Position numbers and translations under genes: made by a program. From Pocillopora damicornis (lineage: Eukaryota), in assembly GCF_003704095.1 (NCBI RefSeq), contig NW_020844153.1, positions 1-64,000 on the forward strand: 64,000 bases of DNA, read 5' to 3'. Below, piece after piece: positions 38,664-52,051 of this stretch (within the stretch, counting starts at the first letter, position 1; the number at the start of each line of letters is the position of its first letter). Under the pieces are notes generated by a model. That model saw only the letters and a list, made by a program, of their open reading frames with translations, was not told the DNA's origin and searched no databases.

Positions 38664-40985
38664 TTACGATATCTCAGATGTATTGTTATTGTTCAGCGGT
38701 GTTTTTTCATCAGGCAGGAGCACTTCCTTCAAAGAAACCGCCCTGTACTCTTTCGTCTTTTCGCGACGCTTGTAACTGACGTACACAGCTACGGCTAAAA
38801 TTCCCGCTAAAACTGTTGCGCACACGCTAAGTGCAATTGCAGCGCCTTGCGACATGGGCTTGGTTTGGTCTTCTGATACCATTTCTTCCGAAGAGTCATC
38901 GTCGTCTTGAGTGGCAAACGAGGCAAGAGTCCAATCAGCATTCGAATTGTTCCTGTACCAAACTTCACCATTTATTCCAACAACCATTAGCGTTTTTGTT
39001 GCCTTTGGGCTGACTCCCGGGCGAGCATTGTAGGGAGGTCTTCTCACAGCTGTGCGAGAGAGTTTCGCTAAAGAGTTCGCCTTAACGCAATAGTTTATCT
39101 CACATTCATTGTCAACTGACAGGAGATGCTGGGTGTACCCGCGTGGGCAACTTTGTGGGCCATTTACTATACCTGCTAAGTTTCCCTTAGGAGATGTCTT
39201 GGGCGTGGTTTTTCCGCTTTTTTGCTGATGGTTCTTGTTGGGAACAGCGAGAGGATTTCCAGACGAACAACTGAAAAATCCGCCGAAACGCAGCGAGAAC
39301 TGGTACCCGAGTTCATAATCATCACTCACGCAAACGTGAGAATGGCTTCCAAACGGCAACGCGTAGAACCTATGCGGGCAACTTTGTGCACCAGTCACAG
39401 GGTTCGGATCATGTGATGTGTAAACGCCTCCAAATAACATCCCACTGTTTTCGCCCACAGTCATCGCAGCAGCACACCAATAGGGTGCAATATATACCAT
39501 GCTGTAATGAAAAATGTTTTGGCATGAAGTATGGCAGCAATCTTGTAACAAAAAAAATCCGCATGGACGACAAAGTTTGCGGCAGTGTGTATGGTGATAC
39601 GATTTTGTTACTACCGGCCTTTCGCCTGACTGTGGTTTTAAAAGTTCCACGGCTTCGTATCCCTCGGGGCAGGAAAAATCGCCCGTAAGGGGGTTTTTAT
39701 GCTGTAACTCATCGCATAAGTTTCCCGCTGAGTTGAAGCGACTTGCGTAGCATTTTTGATACACTCCCCCAAATGTAAAATTTGTTTGTGTTGCGTGACA
39801 ACTGCCGTCATTGACGTTCGCATCGAAGTTGAATCTGGGCGACGTCTCGTCAGTACATCCTGCAACAGTATTTACTTTGTAATATAGGCGAGCAGCTCGC
39901 TGAACAATCTTAGCCAAGCGGAACACTGTTGGTTCTGGTAAGCTAGGCAGAGTGGCGCTGTTGATAACGTAGTAAAGGGGGTCGCCGCTTCTGTCAATAG
40001 CAACTAGCTCGTTCGTTAGACTGTTCTCCCAGTTTTGGACACTAAACTTCGATCGGTACGGTGGACCGCCATAGGTTAATACGCGTGAAGCGGTCCGACT
40101 CTTCTCAAACTTGTGAACGTTCTCGTTGCTTACATTGTGTCCGAAACCAGCGCCAAACTTAAGAGACCGAAAAAAGGTTGCTGTTGCGGCTACTTTTAAA
40201 TCGTGTGCAGAAAGCGATTTGTCCTTGAGAACATTTTCTTTGATATGAGTTTCTTGAACGAGCGCTGCACCAGCATCAACAGAGGTTATGATGTGAGTAC
40301 CGTATTCCCTGACCAGTAACTGCGCGCTGTACCACGCTTGTTTCGTGCGATTGTTCTGCAACTCAGCTGCGATTTGCATCAACCTGCTTTTAAAGACAGG
40401 ATGCAGACTTGACTCGGGATGCGTTTTTACCACGTACATGAAATGACGGAGTTGAACTCTCGTTGTGACAGCCTTGTCGCCAACTTGCTTTTCTTTGTTG
40501 TATTTAAAGTCCTCAGCAAAGGAACCGCTTACAACTGAGTAAGATGCGTGGAGATTGATGGAATGAGCAGTCGTGCTCGTGTAGCTATTCCAGCGGTCAA
40601 AGACCTCTGAGGACATGTCCACTTTACTGCGTTTGACAGGAATTACGAAAGCGTTATCGGGTAAAAGATATTTTCCGTCCGCGGTTGTTTTACACCGGGA
40701 ATAATTTGTGGCCAGCACTTGCCCCATCTCGATATTTAGCAAGTTATCCCAACCGAAGCCAGGAAGAACCTCGAGAGTGTTTACGTCGTGGAAAAAGAAG
40801 CAGAATTTTGGATCCCCGACTGGATATTTGTTCCACCAAGGCAATGGCGGCCAAATTGACTTGGTTTCCATTGCTGGTTGTGTAGCAATGGCGGGCTTAC
40901 CTGAGTGAAGATCATTGCAGAAAGACCTCGTCATATATGAAGTCAATACAGAAATGGCGCAAAGATACACCGTTGACATCGCCAT
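38664..40985 (-). CDS. MPEG1: Macrophage-expressed gene 1 / perforin-2 (signal peptide, MACPF, P2 domain, TM, cytosolic tail), 773 aa, intronless CDS
   Basis: LEVLPGFGWDNL, CKTTADGKYLLPD, YGTHIITSVDAGA, LVAIDRSGDPL, NFTFGGVYQ.C, NPLTGDFSCP.GY, FGGFFSC..GNPL, CP.GY.QHL; C-terminal TM and YRAV (YxxPhi) in the tail. Confidence 0.95.
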   Translation of the reverse strand: MAMSTVYLCAISVLTSYMTRSFCNDLHSGKPAIATQPAMETKSIWPPLPWWNKYPVGDPKFCFFFHDVNTLEVLPGFGWDNLLNIEMGQVLATNYSRCKTTADGKYLLPDNAFVIPVKRSKVDMSSEVFDRWNSYTSTTAHSINLHASYSVVSGSFAEDFKYNKEKQVGDKAVTTRVQLRHFMYVVKTHPESSLHPVFKSRLMQIAAELQNNRTKQAWYSAQLLVREYGTHIITSVDAGAALVQETHIKENVLKDKSLSAHDLKVAATATFFRSLKFGAGFGHNVSNENVHKFEKSRTASRVLTYGGPPYRSKFSVQNWENSLTNELVAIDRSGDPLYYVINSATLPSLPEPTVFRLAKIVQRAARLYYKVNTVAGCTDETSPRFNFDANVNDGSCHATQTNFTFGGVYQKCYASRFNSAGNLCDELQHKNPLTGDFSCPEGYEAVELLKPQSGERPVVTKSYHHTHCRKLCRPCGFFLLQDCCHTSCQNIFHYSMVYIAPYWCAAAMTVGENSGMLFGGVYTSHDPNPVTGAQSCPHRFYALPFGSHSHVCVSDDYELGYQFSLRFGGFFSCSSGNPLAVPNKNHQQKSGKTTPKTSPKGNLAGIVNGPQSCPRGYTQHLLSVDNECEINYCVKANSLAKLSRTAVRRPPYNARPGVSPKATKTLMVVGINGEVWYRNNSNADWTLASFATQDDDDSSEEMVSEDQTKPMSQGAAIALSVCATVLAGILAVAVYVSYKRREKTKEYRAVSLKEVLLPDEKTPLNNNNTSEIS

Positions 40986-42177
40986 GAAAATCCAGTTTAT
41001 TGAAAATCAATGCACAGAATGTTATGCGTAGAAACCGGGACATGACTTTGTACTTGTCATGTTGAAAAACACTGTGCAGCTTAAGTCCTTGCGGTTCATT
41101 GTGTGACTGTAGTAGACAACCCGTGGAGTGAAAAATTAAATATGTAAGCAATTGCTATGTATCTTTTTGCGCTAGGGCTTGGAAAAGTCGTAAAACCTTA
41201 TTAAGATACGCTTAAAAGCCCTAAATTACAGTAATTGAAACAATAAGATGATAAATTTTAATTTTTTTGATAATAAACGCCGCTGATCATGAATGAGTTT
41301 CTTCTCTTTACCAGCCGTAGACAATTTTGAGAAGGTACCAAAGTTCGCCCTACACATTATACGCGTACGGAGAATAAGAACCTACTATTTTCCTAAGCTA
41401 TATGTTCAGTTTTCCCCACCAGGATTTGTAGAATTCGGTTTTTTTTTTTCTTCTTTTAACAGGAAGAAATTCACTCTTAAAAGTCCTCCCACTCTCGGAG
41501 GGGTTCCCGCATGAAGCCGGGGTCTGGGCACGTCGCGCTAAATACTGGTCACGCAACGGAGTTTTGCGTGACGAGCACAAACCAAGACCTCGACGTTTGA
41601 GCAGCTTTCTTTCTTCACGGTTATACTATGACCCCTGGAATCGAGATGGAGGGCGGTTAAAACACAAGTTATATGCGAAGAATAATCTAAAAGCAACTCA
41701 GTATTCTCTTATGACACGTTTTAATATCCAATACCTTACTGTCATTTTTTGCTACTCAGATACGTTTGTTCAATAAAAGTTTACGTGTCATGAAAGACAT
41801 GGCGAAAAACCTCTTCCTCTTTTTTCATTTGTTTGTCTGGTTGCTTTATTTTTTCCCCATAAAATTCTGCTCTATTTAACACCTCTTACAAGATAAATTA
41901 TCGACCAATTCTTGATAAGCGTTACACTCTCATTAAAAACCCATTGCATTATCAAGTTGACGTTCAGAGAGAAAATGTCACAATTGAATTAACAAATTCC
42001 TCTAAAGTTCCTTTAATTTACTTTTTGCTTCCATTCATAGACACAGAGGTCAGATTCCAGGAGCTAGAAGCCAACCTTGTCTTTGAATTACGTTACCTCA
42101 CATGTTTCTCCTTCCATATCATGCTTTGAAGATCTCGAAAATACGCAAACAGCTCTTACAGCTATCTACGAATTTCC

Positions 42178-42984
42178 TCAGATTGACCGAAAAAGGTGCG
42201 ACAATCCACACGTCGTAGTGAATAAGTTGTTTGGTAGAGAGAAGGTTATAAGTGCTTGAGCTGCCTGATTTTGACTAGGGCCTTCCGCTGTTGTCAGTTC
42301 GGTAAAGCTTCGCTCGAGATGTCTCTTTGCGCGTGAGCATCGTTTGAGCGAGTGTGCAGTCAATTCAGGAAGCCCACCGTATTTAGCAAAAAAAACTTTA
42401 TGAACGTCCGACCAACTGTAATAGATTGTACCTCTCTCATTTCGTACCTCGCGCACACCAGAGAAATCTCCTGCGGCTAAATTCCAAGCCCTCTGGATTC
42501 GCCCAAGAGGTAACTCGCTCACTTTGATCCGTAGAAACTTCTCCCTGTGGTTCCTGATCCACGATGGAAGCTCTGGCGCACTGGTATTCAAAGTGATCCA
42601 TGTCCATAGCCACCCGGGTAGATACCCGTATTTTCCCGACGAGTAAAATCTCTCAGATAGATAAATCTTAGTCAAAGTGCGAGACATTGAAACCAGCCGG
42701 TAGATATCGTAGAATGACTTAAAAGGACGTTTTATTCGAAGATCCAGTTCGAAGTCTCGTCGAAGGCGTTCCTTCCATAAAGGGTCGCTAAATCTGACAC
42801 CATCACGAAGTCGTCGACAAGTTTTACTGAGTCGTATAACTGATCTAGCGTCCATGTATGTCGAAACGTATAGAAGGATTTCATTACTCAGACTCGTGAT
42901 GTAGCAATTGTTTTCTTCAGCTTCCTCACCGAAAGGCAGAGCTTCCTCGCTTGTTGACGCCTTACGTCGGAAAGAAGACGCCAT
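42178..42984 (-). CDS. F-box protein (268 aa) with possible XPA-C-like C-terminal domain
   Basis: F-box ITSLSNEILLYVSTYMDARSVIRLSKTCRRLRD....DPLWK; long single ORF. Confidence 0.8.
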   Translation of the reverse strand: MASSFRRKASTSEEALPFGEEAEENNCYITSLSNEILLYVSTYMDARSVIRLSKTCRRLRDGVRFSDPLWKERLRRDFELDLRIKRPFKSFYDIYRLVSMSRTLTKIYLSERFYSSGKYGYLPGWLWTWITLNTSAPELPSWIRNHREKFLRIKVSELPLGRIQRAWNLAAGDFSGVREVRNERGTIYYSWSDVHKVFFAKYGGLPELTAHSLKRCSRAKRHLERSFTELTTAEGPSQNQAAQALITFSLPNNLFTTTCGLSHLFRSI

Positions 42985-43397
42985 AAAATTGGAAGAAAGG
43001 CTATTGCCACTGGTGACAAATTTGCTCTTCGCCTGCGCGATTTGCGATCGTTAGAAACAATTTACTTTGTACATGTCACAAGAACTCGCCTGACGATTTA
43101 TTCTCATTGGATGGCATTAACTGGAATAATGAACTCAAATTGTTTTATATTGTTTTTGACTAATAATGAAATAATTTCTGTGACGTCGCAGCTTAATTAT
43201 AGACGGAGAAAACCCAAAGAACTTAATATGACCTCTTGATGAGTACACTCATCCGATCAAAATGCACAACATGTGTAAATTGGCCAGAGTTCTGTTGGAG
43301 TATGCTTCCTAATTCACGTGCGCGCGCTGTGCTGGTGATACAATTATGACGAAATTATTGAGCAGAGACAAGCCGCCGTCAAACAACTAAGAAAAGA

Positions 43398-45375
43398 ATG
43401 GCAGGCCCATCCAAACCTTCTATTCAGGGAGGAGCTATCATTGCGAAGAACTATCGTCTCCTAGGAAAGATTGGCGAGGGATCTTTTGGAGTAATATTTT
43501 TAGGAAAGAACGTCGAAAGCAGGGAACAAGTGGCGATAAAAATCGAGGCAAAGGAATCTAGCCAGCCTCAGACGCTACCAGAAGAAGCGCATTTGCTTAA
43601 CACGTTGCATTCTACAAGCATAGACGGGATTGTGGTAGGCATAAACTTAAAAATTCATAACCAAAGGAAATCTTAGAGGATTGCTTGTCATGGTCCAATA
43701 TTTGGCAATTAAAACTTCATAGATGTTGTGTCCCAGCTAATTATTTCTGGGAGTGTAGTAAGCGTTCGCGGACTGATCATACTTCCCTCATGAAACTTTT
43801 TGAAAGCAGCGTGGATCTTGATTGTGGAGAACCAAAGGCTCTTAGCAAAACTCGGCCAAAAAGTACATTTCAAAGGTCGCTTTGAAATCAAGCGATATAA
43901 GGTGCTTATCATATTTTTCTTCGCCTTCTCTAGGAGGGCTTTCCACAGGTACTATGGTACGGAAGAGAGTCGAATAATAACATTTTAGTCATGGAGCTTC
44001 TTGGAGCTAACTTGGATCAGCTGTTACATAAAGTATCAGGGAAGTTTAGTTTAAAGACCGTGATACAACTAGCTGATCAGATGATTGACAGGATCAAATT
44101 TGTTCATGAGAACGACTATGTGCACCGTGATGTCAAGCCGGAGAATTTTCTTATGGGTCGAAGAGACAAAACGGATAAGGTAAGCAATCATCCAGAGACA
44201 TGCGTACAATTCGTTCTTTCAGGAGTGCTTATTGTGTTTATATTGCAAACGGAACACAATGGGCGACGGGATGTGAGGAGGTGGGACAATCCGAGGAGAC
44301 GAGTGGGGAGCGTGCCACAGCAAAGATTACGGCCAGCCGTCAAGCTGAATTCTTGTATACTTGAAAATATAATATAAGATAGTTACAATACAATAGGATG
44401 TAAACGAACGTGTAACAAAATAAATCAAATAGACACATTAAAAACGATATAAAATGAAATATTAAAAAAAATTAACGATAATAAAAAATGAAAGGAAATA
44501 ATGATTTTAAAAAATAGTTTTTTTCAGATTGCATTAGAATTCTATTTGACTCGCTGTAATAAGAAAGATGAAGTCTTTAGATCTTTGTTGACCACAAACT
44601 CCTGCACAGTTGGAGAGACATCAGCACCATAGTTTGGGCTTTCAGAGCGATATGTTGAAAAGAAAAGGATATGCCTGAAATGGTGCCCTCGTGTGTCAAA
44701 TAATGACTTGTCGTTAGCACTTCCTGCCTTGATGGGAATGCTTGAGTAGAAGTCATCTTCTTTATGCGCATGCGATGTACTTGAGTGTCGTATTTGTCGG
44801 TAATTCAAACTCTGACTTTACCACCAGTTTTTAAATCTCTTTCTTTATTTTAGGTTTACTTGATTGATTTTGGACTTGCCAAAAGGTTCCGAGACAAACG
44901 TGGCAAACACTTGCGCTTTCGACAAATAGAAAATCGTGAAATCACCGGAACAACCCGATACGCAAGCATCAATTCACATAAAGGCATGGAGCTGAGTCGA
45001 AGAGATGATTTAGAATCTCTTGGTTATGTACTGTTGTACTTCTGTAAAGGTTCTTTACCATGGCAAGGCCTTCAAGCACGCAATGATCAAGAGAGGTTTA
45101 AATTAATAAAAGAGGGAAAACTTTCCATTTCTGTAGAATGTCTTTGTCACGAACTTCCCGACGAATTTAAAGATTACCTAAACTATTGCAGGGGATTAAA
45201 CTTTGAGGACGAACCAAATTATGAATTTATAAAAGGTCTTTTTAAACAGCTGGCCTCGAAAATTGAAATTGAATACAATGGAGTGTTCGATTGGGATCAG
45301 AAGGCAGCCATAAGTAATTCTAAGGACACTGAACAATTAGAAACCCTTGAGAGAGAGAAGTTCACCTCTAAGTAA
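43398..45375 (+). CDS. Casein kinase I family kinase, ~334 aa
   Basis: Exons 43398-43634, 43934-44179, 44854-45375 (GT-AG, in frame). Motifs IGEGSFG, VAIKIE, LVMELLG, FSLKTV, HRDVKPENFL, IDFGLAK, TGTTRYASIN.H.G.E.SRRDDLES.GY, LPWQGL. Confidence 0.92.
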
Positions 45376-46230
45376 TGTAACAATAGGTCTGCATTTTGAA
45401 ATTCACAACTATAACTACATGTTAATGTCTCTCTCAGTGGATGCTATGTGTATTTATTTATGTATTTTGCTTTCTTTTCGAGTGATGAGAGAAAATTAAT
45501 GAAAATTCGCGACTTAAAATTGGTTTAAGTAACTGGCCGTCTTCCTCCGAGGTGAACCAATTGCAAGTGGTCATTTGCACGACTGAAGTATAAATTACCT
45601 CTTATGTTTTCACATTCTGAGCTGTCAACACTTTATTCTCGACCCAATTTTGTCTTCCATTGACGCTTGATTTTACTTGATACGCGAGTCTACCATGAAT
45701 AAAATCATGTGTAAAGCTATAGCGCAGCGAATTCTCAAGGATCGAGGTATATCCAACAAGAATTCGATAGGAGCTACAGAGAAACTGTTTTCAAATGAAT
45801 GTCGAACCTTGGACGTGCAATGACTGATCGGTAATGTAATTTGATATCGTGTTAAGTGGTTATAGAAAAGTAAATGCTCTTCTCCTGAGTTTTCCGGTGC
45901 ATCGCGGAGGACTCTATTCCTGGGGAAATCAGTACGGACAGTGCAATCAAGCTATTAACAACACGAACCACATCTCGGATACAATGTTTCGGAAATATGC
46001 TTGAAGTAAAACCGATTTTGGATGCGAATCTGCAAGTCCTCTCGATAGAGTTGTCGCCAGATTACCATTTGAAGACAAGAAAAGGTGTTAATGACATGCT
46101 ATTAAAAAAGTGATTTATGTGTAATAATTTAATTCTACAAGTGCAAACGACTTATTCGAGAGATAATTAATTTTTCGATTTCGCCCGTTAATCACTTGAC
46201 GGAAACGGATTGAGAAAGCGTTACTCATTC

Positions 46231-46770
46231 GTAAGTGAAATCAAAAAAGTATTTCCTTAACTCAAAGTGACGGAGATTACTATGATTAAGTTGCTTTAAA
46301 ATCCAGACAAAAGACGACAACGTAATTAAAAACGTCGTAGTATTTGAGGTCACTTTCTGTTGCTTTAACGTTTGCCAAGCGTGTGAAAAGTAAACATTTG
46401 TTACAGTACAATAACTGTTGCGGAAAAGTCAATAGCAGGCTACAGTGCTCAGAAATACACAAGAGCAATTCGAAAAGCATCAAAGAAGCGTTGCGCGTGA
46501 GTACGTGAAACTAAATGACATATTTCCTTCGTCGCAAATGACGTAGATTAGGATAATTAAGTTGCTATAAAATCCAGCAAAAACCGAAAAACGTTTTTAA
46601 AATAATCTCAGGAATTGAGATAGAACAAGAAATCGCTCTCACTGACATGTGCGCCAATTGGGAAAAAGGTAAACGCTAGCTTACCTCACAGTAATTGTCG
46701 CGAAGTCAACAACAGACAACTTTGTGCCGATAACGCAGTCAGGTTCAAACAGAAACATTGGATTAGGCTT
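46231..46770 (+). repeat. Diverged ~270-bp tandem duplication upstream of GPCR 1
   Basis: gta.gtgaaa...atttcctt at 46231 and 46501; gatta..at.attaagttgct.taaaatccag at ~46275 and ~46546. Confidence 0.7.
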
Positions 46771-46775
46771 TTCAC

Positions 46776-47687
46776 ATGGGAACACTTTTGACAGTTTGTA
46801 TTCTTTCAATTATTAATGGATTTGCGTCCATCGCAGGAGCGATCGGAAACATCCTGGTCTGTTGCGTTCTATACCGAAACGAGGAATTACAAACAGGTGT
46901 GAACTATTTCATCCTAAACCTTAGTGTGGCGGATTTAACGGTGTGCACCATCGCTCAGCCGATGTACGTTTATTATTTAAACCAGGAGTGGAGCGCTAAG
47001 AACTTTGCAACTTTCAAGCTTGTCTCGTACTTTCCTTTGCATTTTTCCTTCTCAAATCTGCTGCTACTTACGGTAAATCGTTTATTCGCTGTCTTGTATT
47101 CTTTCCGATATGGGACGGTTATGCGTGGTAAGAACGTGGCAGTGATCGTGTGCTTAGCATGGGGAGTTTCAGCTGTCCTGGCAATCGTGTTTGCTGAGTC
47201 TCCCATTCAAGAAACCGCTCCGTACTTTCACCTGGCAATGCTGCTCACGTTTCTCACAATATATTTGAAGATTTTTTGTATCGCCGAGAAGAAACGCCGT
47301 CAGATTGTCTCGCAGTTTGAGTCTGTTTCTCATAACTACAGAGTTGCCAAGGTCGCTCAAGATTATCTAACGACGCGCACGCTAGCAATTCTAATCTGCG
47401 TTTCTGTGGTCCTTTTTCTTCCCGATTTATGGCTCCAACTTACAGGAAGCGAAGACTCCACAAGATTTTACTGGTCTTTCACGACGATGTTTTTAAGCTC
47501 ATTTTTAAATCCTTGTGTGTACGTTTGGAGAAGCGGAAAGTTTCGGTCGGCGCTGTACAAGACGTTTGGTTTGTCTCGAGCGAAAACCAGGCTTGTTAGG
47601 CGTAACCAGGTTAAAAGGATAAAAAACATAGATGGCGTATTCGGCTCATTGAAAGTCATAGACCTAGAAGCTCTTGAACACAAATAA
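46776..47687 (+). CDS. Class A (rhodopsin-like) GPCR, intronless, 303 aa
   Basis: GNILV (TM1), NYFILNLSVADL (TM2), NRL in place of DRY, W in TM4, LFLP (TM6), NPCVY (TM7), FR helix 8. Confidence 0.9.
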   Translation: MGTLLTVCILSIINGFASIAGAIGNILVCCVLYRNEELQTGVNYFILNLSVADLTVCTIAQPMYVYYLNQEWSAKNFATFKLVSYFPLHFSFSNLLLLTVNRLFAVLYSFRYGTVMRGKNVAVIVCLAWGVSAVLAIVFAESPIQETAPYFHLAMLLTFLTIYLKIFCIAEKKRRQIVSQFESVSHNYRVAKVAQDYLTTRTLAILICVSVVLFLPDLWLQLTGSEDSTRFYWSFTTMFLSSFLNPCVYVWRSGKFRSALYKTFGLSRAKTRLVRRNQVKRIKNIDGVFGSLKVIDLEALEHK

Positions 47688-49638
47688 TATTTCGTTACAA
47701 AAGAAGAATAAATAAATGGTTTTCGAACGTATTTACACCCTCCTCATAACTTTGACTTTTCTCGATAAATGAAGAAAATACAAAAAGTGATTTAAGGCGT
47801 GTGTTTGTACGTTCTTAATTTAAAGTGATTGTGCCTTGTGTGTTGCATCTAAAAATACTTATGGGCAAAAAAGACCAAAGATCTTCACAAATTTTTCATC
47901 AAAATAGTGGGTAATAAGACAAGAGAGCTCTGAAGTACTTTTTATCAATATTAATTTTATCATCGTCATTATTGTTATCATAACAACATGATAAGTTATC
48001 ATTTGTAATTTTAATTAATATCAGCTCGATAAGAGGAAAATGCACTGGTCTGCGGGTCCAGTGGTCCTGTAGTCCACTGTTCCTCCTTTTACCTTCTTTC
48101 CGTTAGGAGGATATCGAGTCAAGAGATTATAAACTGTCTAATAAATAACGTTTTTTTCATTTTTTATTTTTAATCGAGGACTATGTTCATATAAAGCTTG
48201 CTAGAAGAAATTTAAATTTTCCATTAATATCGCTTCTTATTTCTATGCGGATTAACAGGCAGAGCGACAAATCAGTTTCAATCAGATGGTTCTAGAGCTC
48301 TTTATAACCAGAATTCCGGCTTAAACTAGCCCTTTTTAAATATACGAGATATCATAAAATTATATTTTTGCTCACCTGCTATGTTTCTAAGCCAAAGTTA
48401 TAGACTACCACAAACACTGTAGACTTAAAGCCTTTTTTTAATTTATTTTGATTAATTTCATTTTATCTAATTTTTTCCTTTTTAAGAAATACTAAGCTCA
48501 AACTTTCATTATTACAAGACACGAGCGGATCCAGTTAAGACACCGAATCTCCTGCATAGGTTTTTATCTTAAGTTAATCCCTCTATACTGATTTTAAGAT
48601 TCCTCCTGCCGTGATGCTGCATTTTTTTTTCGCGCTGTCGACGTTAGTGTAAACGAAAAAGGCATCTATATATGACAAACAACGTCACACATAGAACTCA
48701 ATGCAATTAGTTGTCCGTGGCCAACTTCGAACTCATATCAGGCTCTTCTCTTCAAGAGAGACCCCGTAAAAAAGGTAATAAATAAATAAAAAAGCGAAGG
48801 AACAAACGAACGATCGAGGCCAAACTTTACAACATTTCTTAAGTCTTTCAGATTCCAGTAGGTCCCCACACATTTATATTTTTGTATCGAACAATTAAAG
48901 GAAGTCGCTGAGATGGAAATATCAGACAGGTAAGCGGAGAGGACATCAGTGATCAAAACCCATGCTTACAAGATCACGGCCGCTGGAATAAACAAACTAC
49001 AACACGTCTTTCGTACTGAGCTAAGCTTGACTTTAACATTGAAAACGTTCAATTGCGGAGACTTTGTTACCCTGTCATCCAGATCTTGTTTTTAACTAAC
49101 GAGGACGTGACTTTTAGAGGCATTTTCATCGACGTCTAGAAGTTAATAACGCTGTTTTGACGTTTTGACAGAGATAAATGCTATGCTGGAGCGTGTGTGG
49201 CAAAAATCACGTTAAAAACATTACGTCGAATGAGTGAATGGAGGTGGTTGGGATAAAATCAGTTTTAAAGTGAACAATAGACGAGGTGTACCCAATTTTT
49301 AGAATCTCACTGGAAAGCTTTCACAGCTTTCGTGGTTTAAAGGCAGAAATAAGAAGAATCCAATGAAGACAAATTGTAGATTTTTTATTTTCAAATTACA
49401 GCTTCTTCTTCTTTTGTATAGTTCTAGCTACTGCCTCGGTTAAAAACTCTATACGCTATTGGATCCAAATCTACATGTCACTTTTTCTGGTTAAAATTGC
49501 TTGAAAAAATTCTGGGTAAAAGAGACTTTCCAGGGTTCAACTCAGAAGAATCTATCTTTCTCGGTGCGCTGGCTTTTCATGACAAAGATCAAGATGGCGA
49601 TTCTCTGAACCGATTCGATTCCGATTTGATTCGCACTG

Positions 49639-49790
49639 ATTCGCTCAAACGAAGGGCTAAAGCTCGAAAGTCAGTTTTAAAACCCTTTACGGTGGCCAGT
49701 TTACGTTATCAACTCAGTTGATAATACTAAGGTACCCTGTTATTCTCTACCACCGACGCAACATTACAGTTTCTATAGAAACTTACCCCT
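49639..49790 (+). repeat. Dispersed repeat copy 1 (possible Penelope-derived, hammerhead-like core)
   Basis: Aligns with 54231-54381 and 57970-58035: cga.ggg.taa.gctcgaaa...cttta.ggtggcca.tttac.ttatca...cac..acg...cagtttc. Confidence 0.65.
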
Positions 49791-52051
49791 TTTATTATCT
49801 GCATTATCCGCTATACCCTTCTTGAGATCGTTTAGCTTTGAGAATTTGGCATCGAAACAAACAAAATTCCCTCGTTCAAGCTTCTCCTCTAATTTTTCGT
49901 CTTATCACCTTAACGCTGGAAAGAATATAGACATGAAAGGCAAAACTCCAATTCGGTCACCCCTGGGAATAAAATGGTTAAAAAAAAAAAAATTTTAGGG
50001 GCATGATGATCAAGCCGAACCCTCTAAGCTCATTGCTAAATGATGATTTTATCGACCGAATGACGTCAGGTCAAATGCCATGGAAATGGTAAAACATTTG
50101 GATAAAATTGGTTCCTTTTTTTAAAAGCAACAAATTCTTTAGCCATTGGAGAAAAAGAATTTGAATAGGATTTGCAACGAGAATTCTCATTTAATTCTCA
50201 TGCGAATCACATTCAGCCATTTTCTATCACAAACCGCTCTCTGGTACTTCGTGTTTTTGAAAGGGAACTTGACATTGTCTCGAGATGTAATACAATAGCG
50301 AACTCAGGGAAACAGAACTAAACTGACATTAATTGTCTTTCATTTTAACGCTGCTCTTCTCAAAAAAAACCATAAATATTACACGAAGTTATTTATTGAA
50401 GAAATGTTCCTTTAACTCTCAGACGGCAGCGATATTATGTTGTATTCTTGACTTGAACGGCAAGCCACGGTTTCTCATCATCATATTTAAATGTGTGACA
50501 ATTCCGGACTGATTTTTGCTCAGTAGTAAAGTAACACTCTAACCAACACATATTTTTACTCAGGTCGTTTCATTCTCAGTCTGTACTCATTCCAACAAGC
50601 GTTTTAATTCTCAACCTTTTCCTTTCGTTGGTAAATAGAAGCACTATTCTTTGAACGGTGCGCCTTCCTCTATCACTCATCCTAATCGCGATCTAATCAA
50701 CAGCAACAACAAAATCAATTTGGCTAAAAAAACAACAGTAATTTCATCTGGAACGGCACTGAAAAGCAACAACCAACAGCTGCGGGACTCAGGCTTGGAC
50801 TTCGGAACTTTTTATCAAAGAAAAATCTAAATAACTGTTAATGAGGATGGTTTGTTTGTTCACGTACATGAACTCAGAGCAGCGAGGAGAAAATAAAAAC
50901 ACTTATTGTCAGAAACAGAAAAAAATTCTCATGAAAGAACCAAATGACGTGCTAAAAAAACGTTACTGTCCCCGGTAAAGCCTACCATATAACCATATAT
51001 GCTAAGTTCAACCTTAAGTTATGTGGAGAAAGATGCTTGTATGTTTAAATGATTGGAATATTTTTTTAAAAATTTTTTACAATAGCGCCAGCGAAATTTG
51101 TTTACTGAGTCGATAACTTCAAAGCGACCAGAATGGCTTTTATTTTTTCCGATACATAGCTGCCGCGTTTTTCTTAAACGAATATTATCAAAATTTATCT
51201 AGATTTTATCAAAGGTTATGGGCATTGTAAATATTATCATCCTGTCTATTTACTTCTGAGACGATAGAAATATTCAGAACATGACGAAGTGTCAAACTCT
51301 GCGGGAAAAATGCACACTGAGAAGCTCTGATTATGCAAAGACATGGATGCAAAAGTGAAGCATCTCAAAGATGACACTGATGCGTTGCATATCAAAAGAC
51401 CCTTGAAAGAGACTTTGAAATATATTTTTAATTTTTTCTCCATTTTGCCGCGAGTTTGGAAATGAAGTAGACGAAATTATGACATGCCTTGTCTACCATC
51501 ACTAAAATTAGGAATTGCCTCGATCAATTTTTCTATTTTATCTCAGCATGTAGGACTGCATGTAAGGAAGTCGGAGGCGAAAAAAAATCGAATGCCGGCT
51601 AAACGCTTGTGTGTAGTATTGGTCTCACGTTTACAGTTTTTAATTAAATTCCCAAACATGATTGATTAATATCTGAGTGATTTTTACAAAACACAATCGA
51701 TGCCTTGTCAAAAAAAAATTATTTGTGGCAGCAAAGTTTAAGCACAGCCATTACTAAATAAACTAAACATTGCATCTTCTTTTTATCCTCAGTGAGAAAT
51801 TGAGTTCAGGTCAAAACAGCGCCTACTAGTTAAGAAGATTACATCGCATGGAGAAAAATGCTGTACTGCTTTAATTAAAGCTTCAGGGAAGTCTGCCAAC
51901 ATCATATTTCCTGTCAACAGGCAAACAGAATCATATCTTGGTTAGAAAAAAAAAAGAACGGTTGACATCAAACCACCTTTCTCATGCCAAAGAACTCGAG
52001 AGATCTACGTAAATCAAAGCGTCAATCTGTTCGTGCAAGCTGTTTGTGTTC

